A stretch of DNA of 64,000 bases from Trichosphaerium sp. ATCC 40318 (lineage: Eukaryota; Protista; Tubulinea): the NCBI GenBank assembly GCA_038496445.1, contig JALMLS010000322.1, positions 558,001 to 622,000 of the forward strand, written 5' to 3'. Position 1 is the first letter of the stretch; every line of letters starts with the position of its first letter. The notes beneath the pieces were generated by a model. The model saw only the letters and a program-made list of their open reading frames with translations. It searched no databases and was not told the DNA's origin. The translations under genes and the position numbers were made by a program. Shown here in pieces: positions 39,101-49,588 of this stretch.

Positions 39101-40916
39101 TTTTTGGTCGCCGTGCAGCTGGTCTACGTGCTATTTTAAGATGTTTAACTTTTTATCCCAACAAAGCATATACACGACATAACTCTCTCGAGTTGATAAA
39201 AACACTGTCTCGACGTACGACAAGCCAAACCTTAGTTTTTTTAAATATGATTCTACATTGTTTTTTTTAAACGATTTTTATAGCCGACTATGTACTGTCA
39301 ATACTCGAGTGCCAAACTATCTCTAGCTTGTATAATATTAAAAAAGATGATTTGGGCGACGATGTTCAATTGTACATAGATACCATGAGCAGCTTACGAA
39401 AAAGTACGTTCGTCTATTTTTATTTGAAAAAAAACCAACAAATTATTTTTAACAACGTGTAGTGGTTAAGTGTATTCCGAAATACGAGGTTATAAAGAGT
39501 AAAAACCAACAAAATCTATCCAAACATGAAATACAAGTGATTGCTGTGGAAATAGCAAACATGAGACGCCATGGTACAAAACAAAACACTTATAAAAATT
39601 TCTCATTTTTTTCTTCTTTTCTTTTTTTCAAAGAGAAACGCACGTGATATCACGAAGCATGTACTTTGTGCGGTTTTTTCGCAACTTAATATTGACTGCG
39701 TACTAGGTAAGGATGAACTTGACAATGTTGGTGTCAATGAACTTGTCCTGCATACTCTTATTGACAAGCAATGGTTGCTTCCGATTATTGAGTTATTGGC
39801 CTGTGAAGAAGAGAGGATGCATGCTTTTAGACTATTACTTGATTTGAAACAATATTTTTATCGTAACGATGATAGTGAAGATGATGAGTATGTATCTGTT
39901 CCAAAGAGTGTAAGAGATGCATATAATTTTACTCGTTTTTTGAACAACAAAAAAATGAGTGATGTAACGATACATGTTGTTAATGGTGAAGAGGAAACTT
40001 TATTTTATGGGTCAAGAGTTATATTATCAGCAGGATCAAAGTATTTTGAAACACTATTATTTGGTACGCACTCAAAGTCAAAAACCTCTTTTAAAAAAAA
40101 CCGCAGTTTATTTCAGTTTCAAATTCTTCACTTTCTTTTTCCCCCACCCATGAAACTCCTCGTTTTTTGCGAAATAAAACGTGGTGTTCCCGTCGGAGGG
40201 CAAAAACAAAAAAATAGAATTTGAACCAATTGACCAAACAAGTTATTCGTTCTTGCATTTTTTGCATTTCTCGTTATTGTTTTGGCTTGTCACACAAAAC
40301 TATTGCCTTGGCTAGTCTTATTTAGCTAATGAGAGTTACTTCTTTTCTAATATGCATTGTAGGTGGTAGTGGCGGAAGTTTTAAAGAAAGTCAAGAAAAC
40401 GATGTTACTATCCATGATATTGATCCACGTATTTTCTACAAAATTCTTGAATTTCTTTACAACCTTGAAACGAAAATAGATAATGAAGAAGATGTAATAG
40501 AACTACTTATACAAGCAGATAAATACCAACTAGAGAGACTACAACATTATTGCGAGTGGCTTCTTAAAAAGAGGTATTTAACAAGCTATAAAAAACTTGA
40601 TGGATATTTTCAACTTGCAACAAAGTTCAACTCAGATCGTCTTTTAAAGTTCTGTGCTGCTTATGTTATTGATAACTTTGAATCCACATTAAGCTACTTT
40701 GATAAAGATAAATCAAAGTCAAAAGCAATACTTAGTCTTATCAATGATGATGGTTTTTTGATTCATATTTTTGCTTATTTTAAAGGACAGTTTCAGAAAG
40801 TAGAGTTTTTAAAGAATACAGATAATATTACAGCAAGACCTATTAATCATATGATTGAATATGAAGCTGTACGTGTTGTAGATAGTTCAGATGACGAAGG
40901 TGGTTTTGAAGAATAA
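36125..40916 (+). CDS. RRM + ~10 armadillo repeats + BTB/POZ domain protein (candidate Cullin-3 adaptor)
   Basis: RSIVIENLP...YCFLEL RRM; repeated NACGAIRNIA / GGI..I...M..H ARM units; FLNNKKMSDVTIHV...SRVILSAGSKYFETLLFG...FKESQENDVTIHDIDPRIFYKILEFLY...ADKYQLERL BTB. Confidence 0.85.
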
Positions 40917-41337
40917 AATTAATAATTAAAATGTATAATTTGTGTCAAACTTGTTTAAATGTGATCTTCATTGGAATGCGACTTACATGCTAGTCTTCAT
41001 CTGTGTGATGTGTCTCTGCGGTCCACTTTAAATAATCACCTTGCAGTTTAGTTTTAGCACATTGCCTCAATAAGTAATTCACCGGTATCAGACCTGCGTT
41101 CACCAGATTTTAAATGACTTGTAGTTGATTTTTTAATACACTTAGCAATATGAAAAGGTATCAAGGCACTCAAAACAGGACAACTGTTGCAGGGAAATAA
41201 AAATAAATCAAATATATTTGCCAGACTTGGCTGTGCTAAGTGCATTTTTTTTTAAGGGACTTGAATTGTTTTTGAAATGTTTACAACACAAACGAGTTTA
41301 TCTGTATCTGGGGAAACATATTTATTTGCTATTTACT

Positions 41338-42049
41338 CTAAACAATTGTACTATAACTAAACAATGGAGCTTTAGAATACCAATTCTTACTTTCTCCATT
41401 AAGTACGCCATTAGTGTAATTACACTGACGTTTCAATTGCCCATTTTCATACCAAACCTTTAGCTCTCCTTCTTGTTTACCATTTACATAGTTACATTTG
41501 ACCTTAAGTTGACCATTTGCAAACCAACGTTTGTATTCTCCTTCAATATGACCTTCAACATAGTAGCATTGATCAGCCAGCTGTCCATTTTCATGCCAAC
41601 GCTTACAATCTCCTTCCAGTTTATTATTTTTATAATGGCATTCTTTAAACACTTTACCATTATGGAATATTTTGTAGTCTCCTTCAAGCAAACCATTGAT
41701 GTAATTACTTTGAGATATCAAAAGCCCGTTCATATGATGCCATCTCTTAAACTCTCCTTGAGCTTTGCCATGCATCCAACATTGCTGTTGAAGAGTTTTT
41801 GAACTAACAGATTTTTGGTGTTTCAGCCATTTCCCGTGTTTATTCAGGTTAGTATCAAACCTCGTTGTTGTGGCTGTGTACTTTGATAAAAGGGGCCATT
41901 GGAAATACACTTTATTACTTAAATCGATAATATACAAGTGTAACTCCACTGGAAGGTTTAATAGGGTAGCAACAACAGATTTGAAGGTATTTTGCTATTT
42001 GTTGTTATTCGGATTAATAAAAACTATGTGCCTTGCGCTTTGTTGCCAT
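41338..42049 (-). CDS. F-box-like + MORN-variant (YwqK-type) repeat protein, copy A
   Basis: MATKRK micro-exon, putative GC-AG intron 42031-41995, then QNTFKSVVATLLNLPVELHLYIIDL; EGEYKRWFANGQLKVKCNYVNGKQ repeats. Confidence 0.8.
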
Positions 42050-42338
42050 TAACCGATACGTTTTAACAGGAATTGCGTTTGATACTTTTGCCACGTGATT
42101 TTTCAGAACGGCGTTGACATTCCAAAACAGTTTGCTTATTCCAAACTTTGTACCAAAAAGGGTTGACGGATTCTCCCTACTGGCAAAAATGTTTGCAGTA
42201 AACAAAATTGAACGTAAACGTATGATACTCTAACGTATCAAGAAACCTGTTCGGTCATCTAATATTTTCAGTCTTTCTTGCTGCTAATAAAGAATAATGC
42301 TAAGAGGATAGAAGTATGTTTATTGAGAAAACAAGGAA

Positions 42339-43390
42339 TTAATCTTCAAGAAGAGAAGGGTCATTGAACATTTCCAAAGCTACGCCTAGTTTCTTCTTTC
42401 TATCTTTTGTAATAACGCGGACATAAGGTTTAAGCATCTTAGCAAAGTCATTGAGGTGCTTTTTACCAACTGCAAAGCAAGGAGTAGTCCCTAAAAATAC
42501 AGATGTGAGAAATGGCCTTAATTTACGGAGAAAAAAAAACGCCGAACAGTTCATACCTTTACCGTCAGGGTCACGTGCATAAAAGCGAACTTGATCCTTT
42601 GACGTTTTGTTAGATATTTTACCCATTGTCCATTGCTTATCTCCTCTTAATACGAGAGGAATACAATGATTAGGTCGCCCAATAGGTCCTATTTGAAACA
42701 GGTTTTAAAAAAATAGCAGTAAAAAAAAGCCATTAAAACATTCACTTTGTTGGCGCGTGTAATACACGTGTCTTATAGTATGATGAATCAACAGTACTGT
42801 GGTTGTTAATGTACCCAAAATGAGAGTGATTTAGCTGAAAAAAAAGTTTTATCGGGTTCACTGTATTTGATGCATCATGCAATACTTTTAGGTAAAAAAA
42901 CGCTATAAAAAGGGTTGTACCTTTAGATCCTTCGTAAAGAACCATAATAGCGTTTTTAATACGCGAGTCTTCTTTCATAACGTAAACCATTATAAAGCAA
43001 TCCTTTGGATTAGCTCTAGTAGCGGTTTTGAAGAGATGGAACGGCCTAAAAATGTCAGCAAACGGCGAGATTTTGTAGGCTTTTTTTATCAAAAGTTCCA
43101 AATACAAACACGAGGTTTACCAGTATCCAATAGGCGCGATAGTAGTTTCACACGTGTTTAACTCATCGATAATAGTGCTCAAGTCAGAAACAACGCCTCC
43201 AATGGCTTCTGGGCCAAAGTAGTGTCCTCTAATCTTAATTGCCTAAGAAACATAGTTAACGGGTTTAATATTTGTGTATTTTCTATCTTACGTTGTCGCT
43301 CATGTTGAATATACCGTTTTTAAAAGCAGAGGATGGCACGAATTTCTTTGACTTAACTGCGTTGTTAGGCAGATTTATCGTTCGATGCTA
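42339..43390 (-). CDS. Hypothetical multi-exon protein; start not resolved
   Basis: Spliceable exons NGIFNMSDN|AIKIRGHYFGPEAIGG...PIGYW|PFHLFKTATR...|GPIGRPNHCIPL...|GTTPCFAVG...PSLLED*; no family recognised. Confidence 0.5.
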
Positions 43391-44128
43391 GGGTGATTGA
43401 TTAGTTTGCAGCTAAGTAGATCAGTTCTGATAGGAAAAGATGAGATGATTTGAATGTGTAAGTACAACGTATGTTCAGTGCTTCAACATCTATTTACAAG
43501 TACAATCACGATTAACAACAACACCTAATTACGTATTTACGCAAGAGCATGACCACTTATGTTGGGTTAACTATTGTAATAAAAATCTTCAGAAGGTTAA
43601 AAAGTGATGCTACGAGAATGGCAGGAGAATACACGTTATGGGTTCCAGTAGTAGGTGAAAAGTGATACGCTATTTAAATACGGATACGTGAGGTGTTTAT
43701 GAGCAATGGCCGAAGAAGGAACGAACTTTAAGCGTAACGTTGTTATAAGAATGGAAGAGTTATAAGAGCGTATTACTGGGCGCAAAACCGTACTCCGGTA
43801 TGTTGTTTGCGAAGGTAGTCTTTTTTTTTATATTGCTGTTTTTTAGAGGCTGAGCGTAGTACTACTTTACGTTGTCGCGCTATTGTTATAATTTAGTTTT
43901 ATGCAGTTATTATTTACATGGTAGTATTTTGGTATGACAGCAGTGTTTGCGCCTTCGCGTTATGTAGTTTTAGATAACTCCACACTTTGCGTTACATAAA
44001 TTTTAATGGATTCTAAATAAGGGATTTCAGATAATTAGTAGCGCAAATGGTAAAAATAAAAGTAATTCATTGAAAAGATGTATATGTCATTTTGGTCATA
44101 AAAACGAAATAACACAAGATAACACATC

Positions 44129-44704
44129 ATGACTAACTACAAAATTGTCGTATTTGGAGCTGGAGGTGTAGGCAAATCAGCACTTACAATACAACTATTA
44201 TACAACCACTTCGTATGGAATTACAACCCAACAATCGAAGACGGATACAGAAAAGTCGTAACTATTGATGATAAAATGGCTGTTCTTGATATCCTCGACA
44301 CTGCTGGCCAAGAAGAATACTCAGCTCTCAGAGACACATATATGCACAGTGCTGACGGCTTCATTCTTGTATACTCTATAACCGACAGTGTAAGCCTTAT
44401 CGAGCTAGAGCAATACATCAAACAAATTAAAAGAGCACGCGAACAAGATGTTCCTCCTTTTGTCATTGCTGGAAACAAGTGTGACTTGGATTACGATAGA
44501 GCAGTATCAACAGAAGAGGGACAAGAGTTTGCTGATCTTCATAACGCTCCGTTTTTTGAGACATCAGCAAAGACAAAAACAAATGTTGAAGAATCTTTTT
44601 ATGAAATAGTCCGCGAGATAAGACGACAACAAGAAACACAATTTACAAAAAGTAAGAAAAAAAGGAGGAGAAAGCTATCTATCACAAAATGTAAACTTGT
44701 ATAA
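44129..44704 (+). CDS. ras: Ras-family small GTPase, intronless
   Basis: YKIVVFGAGGVGKSALT, PTIED, LDILDTAGQEEYSA, GNKCD, ETSAK, polybasic tail and CAAX (CKLV). Confidence 0.97.
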   Translation: MTNYKIVVFGAGGVGKSALTIQLLYNHFVWNYNPTIEDGYRKVVTIDDKMAVLDILDTAGQEEYSALRDTYMHSADGFILVYSITDSVSLIELEQYIKQIKRAREQDVPPFVIAGNKCDLDYDRAVSTEEGQEFADLHNAPFFETSAKTKTNVEESFYEIVREIRRQQETQFTKSKKKRRRKLSITKCKLV

Positions 44705-45215
44705 AAGCCGTGACGAAAATGTATATACACAAAAATAACGATATCGCAACAATTGTACATATAATTGTATAAACCTGTATAAAGAAAAGAAAATGAAATA
44801 AACCTAAAAATAGCCAAACCAAATTGTTTAACGTTCTTGTAATCATCTTTTTCAATCTATTCTTTACTTGAGATGATCTACTGTGTACTTAATAGCATTC
44901 AAGCTATGTTCCAATGGCTAGTAGCAATAAAAACGTTGCACGTTTTATTACTACAGAAAAAATAGAGCAATTAACAAACAAGAAGCTTCTTGTACAACAT
45001 CATTTGTTTTTTCCATATTGTTTATCATCAAGTGACTATACTTTGTGACTTTAACCCTTTCAGCATGCTCTTGACAATCTCAATTGAGAGTACCACATGT
45101 GAAATGGGAAGAGCAAATAAGACAACACAATTCACTAGTAAAAAACATAGCAGAATAACAGTTAATTGAAGAGTTCGCTACTAATACATTTATTCAAAAC
45201 AAAAAGATAAACACA

Positions 45216-47086
45216 TTATTTAGCGTTTGTATTTACAACAGGTAACTGAGGAAGTATACCTTTACAAGCACCTTCAATAAACCAAGTACCAAGACAATAA
45301 AGTTTTTGAAACTTTCCAAATTCTTGACTGCCTTCTCTTGTACATGGAAACTGTACTGTATAAACGACATCAGAGGATGAGCTATCCGGTGTATGTGTAA
45401 CATGGCCGTTAAATCCTTTACCAGGTCCAGCTGTAAGCGTAATTTTTGCTCCTTTTGATAAATCCCATTTAATCAAATTACTGCTCTTCTTTCCAGTGAC
45501 AGGATCATAAGGTACTTGAAATACATGCTTACGTCTCGTCTTTGCTTTCTCTGGTATATTTGGTGTATAAGGAACAGGGTTATATGGTAATTTCATCTCA
45601 ATGGCTAGTAGAAGCATAACTTCATCGATACTCGAGAAAATTCTAAGCGAAGCCAATTTATCAAGTTGTGTTCGTTGAAATCCAATGATAATAGCACCGA
45701 GACCCTTTCCTCTTTTAACGTATTTCTTGCCCGCGGTTTCAACCATACGATCGGCATTCATACCACAAAGACTTGTACCCAGTGTAAGTACAAGGTCTGC
45801 TTTTTGTTCTTCCTCTAACATCCATTGAAATAAATCGCCTCGAAGACTTCCAGTCATAGGAACAACAGGGTTTGACGGATCAAACCAAGCGCCATGGATT
45901 TCGTTTATAGCTTCTTGCGGGAATCCAGCCTTAAAAAATATTGTAAGAACATGATGAGGTGAAAGAGAAAACGAACAAAAAAAACGAGGCTCAGACAAAA
46001 TAAGAAGAAAAAAGTGAGAAAATCTCGCTTGTACTCACTTTCTGTGGTAATCCATCGTGGTTTTGTTGAACCCAATGTTTTAGGTAACCAGCTTTTGATA
46101 GTGCAGCAAGCGTATAATGCGCAAAGGTAGGTTCAGCATTCAATCCAGATTTTTTTTTAACTCGGAATTTTGCTTTGGTTCCAGTCGCAACTGACTGCTT
46201 TGACTGTGAAGCATAGTCATCAATACCACTTGCTGTAGATATACCAGCTCCTGTGTACGCCACACAATGCTTAGATTTCCTAAAAGAGGATCAGAGACGC
46301 CGAAAACAGCAAAGAATAAAGAAAACAATTCACGAAACGAACCTTAGCAAGCGAGCCATTTCCTTTACTTTCAGACGCAGTGTGATTGGATCTTCGCTAT
46401 ATTCATGCGCTTTCATCGATTTATAACCTTTTCTTGCCTCAACATCGCAAAAAGTCCTCAAAATAGGCGCATTCCATCCTTTGCCGTTTCCAAGATGTCC
46501 ATGCATGTAAATATCGTTGACATTCTCAACATCGTTCATTCTGCGTATACCTGCCTTTTTATCATCTCCAGACTTTGGCGACTCGATTTCCTAGCATTAG
46601 GCGTTAGACAGAGGTGAAACAGACAGAAAGCCTACGTACCATTTTATCATCAACTGCGAACTTCTCTGTGTGTCCATTGTTAGGATCAGAAAAGCTCAGC
46701 TCGTGTTTGAATACGTGTGAAGCTCCGTTTACATCTGTAATCTTAATATCGATCGTAAAGACACCCCACCCTACTCTCGTGACCTCATATGGCGCTGACA
46801 TGCATACAACGTTTCGTGGGGTGAATGTTGAGTGGAGCCCAAATTCAACCGCAGCAATAAGCTCCAGACTACTCTGTGGCTTTACATAGCATGTCCATTG
46901 GCTGTTTTTTGTATTTGGAACTGGTGTACATGTGTTTCCAATCAATACGTCTACACTACCACTCGCAAGATCGTCTCCAGGTACTTTTACGGGGTTTATA
47001 GATAATTGTTTAAAGTATTCTGCGAGAGCTGGGTTAACCTTTGCTACGTCTTTAGCAGTGAAGGGTAAATCGCCTGTTGTTGCCAT
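45216..47086 (-). CDS. YEATS-domain / sirtuin (SIRT6/7-like, zinc-ribbon-less) fusion protein; 4 exons (47086-46640, 46590-46343, 46279-46039, 45929-45216)
   Basis: YEATS: VLIGN...WTCYV...VEFGLHSTF...APYEVTRVGWGVFTIDIKI...FKHELSF. Sir2: YTGAGISTASGIDDY, AEPTFAH, VQQNHDGL, EIHG, ADLVLTLGTSL, QRTQLD...LRIFSSIDEVM. All introns are GT-AG and keep the frame. Confidence 0.88.
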
Positions 47087-47731
47087 GCTTGTTTGATTTG
47101 TTATTTCTTACCGCTGGTGCGAAAATAGGCTCGTTAAATGCATTCACTGATTTCCATTTCGATGATTTTTTTTATTGATTTTGTTCTCAGGAACATTGCT
47201 ATGAAGAGTCCATTTTAGCAACGTGTAATGATATCATGTGATTGAAAAAGAGATGTTCACTAACGTTAGAATGTTACAGTGAAACACGTCAGTTGTTTCT
47301 TTACTTTTATTTGTGTTCAGTTGTTTCATAATATGTGGCTATGTAGACGCAATGTTTGGTATCTAGTTTTACGTTAAGCGTTATGTGAGCCAGTGATTGG
47401 CATTGTCAACGTAAACCATATCTCGAAATCTACATGAACGTTGTAAAGTGCAGTTCCCGGGTTTGATATTCACTTTTCAAAGATAATTGTACGGAGTTGT
47501 CAAACTGTCTACATTGTACGTTTGTCACTTTTTCTTGAAGTGGAAACGTTTTGCGCAAACCGCTATCCACAGAGCATATTCTCCTTCGATGTGTGAAGCT
47601 AAAACGCAGACTTTAAAACGCTACAGTGACATTGACGATAATTTGTTAGATAAAATCAATCAACAGAAAACAACATATTTTTCACGATTACACAACCACA
47701 GCAACTACTCCTCGACATCAAGAATATCAAA

Positions 47732-49440
47732 ATGGATCATCCACAATCAAAGAAGGTAATACAAATACTCTTCAACAGCTTTGTAGGTTTTTCTAATGAT
47801 TAATTAGCGTTGCAAAACACCCGACATTCGCATGGATAGGTTACTACAACTTCCACTTGAGTTACAACTCGATATTATCGATCTAGATACAGAAGTATAT
47901 TTAAAGTGGCCTCTGTTATCCAGACACACGGCAATGACAACCAGATTCGACAGTGACCTGAACAAACACGGTAAATGGGAGAAACATCTAATTTTGGAAA
48001 AGATTGATTTCACTATTTCTCAATCAAAACTGTTAACTCGGAAGTATTGGAAACATGGTCAGTACCACGGAGAATTAAAGAAATGGAATTACAGCGGCCC
48101 GTATGACAAAGGTCATCTTAGTCTGAAATGTAACTATGACAACGGTAAACTACATGGAGAGTACATGAAGTGGCACAATAATGGTCATTTGAAACTACAA
48201 TGTAACTATGTCAACAGCAAACTACACGGAGAGTACAAAAAGTGGTATGAGAATAGTCAATTAGCGTTCAAGTGTTTCTATAAATGTGGTGATGTTGAAG
48301 GAGAATATAAAGAGTGGTACAAAAGCGGTCAAAAGTGGAAGGAATGTCATTTTTCTATCCCTGAAAATGATCCTGAACCTGAATCTGACAGTGGGAACAA
48401 AATCGACGTGCTCGAAATATAGAGAAGCCCGCAAAGAGATGAGGAAAAAGTATCAAGAAATCCACCATACACTTGATGGAGAATACAAAGAATGGCATGA
48501 AAACGGGCAATTGAGTTTACAATGCAGTTTTAAAGAAGGTAAGGAAGAAGGAGAACATAAGGAGTGGTACAACAACGGTAAATTGGCGGTTCACAGGAAC
48601 ATAGTAAACGGTGCTGGAGAATTTACCAGTTGGCATAACAATGGCCAGTTGAAGTCAAAAGCTACTTTGATAACACATAATATGAATGGTAAACTAACCA
48701 AGTGGCATGACAATGGTAGATTGCAGGTACAGTGTACTTGTATTGGGCATTTTCCTCTTATTTCCATTGATGCCCCTGAATGGAAGCTTTTAAGTTTCGT
48801 TGAACAAATGACTGTGTGTTCTCATAGTCATAAACTATACACACGAGTACTGAAATGCGCTCAGGGTTTCGTAGAAGGAGTATATAGAGAATGGTGAGAT
48901 AACAGTGCACTACATATTGAGACAACAATGGTTAAAGGTGTACTACATGGAGAGTATTTACAGTGGGACAAACAGAGTCACATCTTACAGGTGAAGACTA
49001 ACTATGTACATGGCAAAGAACATGGTCAACATACTAAGTGGCACACCAATGGCCGCATATCAGAGCATTGTAGGATGGCAAATGGCAAGAGAGAAGGAGA
49101 GTATAAGAGCTGGTGTTTTGAAGGTCAATTGGATGTCCTTAGTTATTTTGTTAATGGCCAACAAGAAGGCAAACACTATGAGTGGCATGTCAATGGACAA
49201 TTGATTAAGCAACAAAATTATAAAGACGGAAAACTTGATGGCCTATCAACAAGATGGTATAGTGACGGTACTCTATTTATGCAATGCAACTTTGTCAATG
49301 GAAAAGAACAAGGTTTTAAACAGGAATGGTATGACAATGGACAAACGAAGGAGCAATACTTTTACGTCAATGGAAAACCAGAAGGTGATTTCAAGAGTTG
49401 GTATGCTGACGGAAGTTTGGAACATCACTTATACTATTAG
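47732..49440 (+). pseudogene. F-box-like + MORN-variant repeat gene, copy B, with a frameshift (~48410-48422) and an in-frame TGA (48895-48897)
   Basis: MDHPQSKK exon, intron 47756-47807, then RCKTPDIRMDRLLQLPLELQLDIIDL. The repeats continue across three ORFs and REW*DNSALHIETTMVKG stays in frame. The lesions could also be assembly errors. Confidence 0.65.
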
Positions 49441-49588
49441 GATGTACAAGTCTGCATAATAATTGTACAATTACGTTTCACTTGCCTATGTACACAATAA
49501 AACCTTATTTTAAAGTACAAAGACGATGAAAGGGATCACTTTACTAAGCTATTGGACTACAACTACTAATTTTTCAACACATTTCGCT

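Noticed and set aside
48895-48897. Stop-codon reassignment or selenocysteine at the in-frame TGA
   Set aside because: Other genes terminate at TGA (e.g. 3730-3732), no conserved gene needs TGA as sense, and the same gene also has a frameshift.
41338-49440. Bacterial YwqJK toxin-antitoxin system or an integrated provirus
   Set aside because: No toxin partner and no viral hallmark genes (capsid, polB, packaging ATPase); the intervening genes are eukaryotic and mostly spliced.
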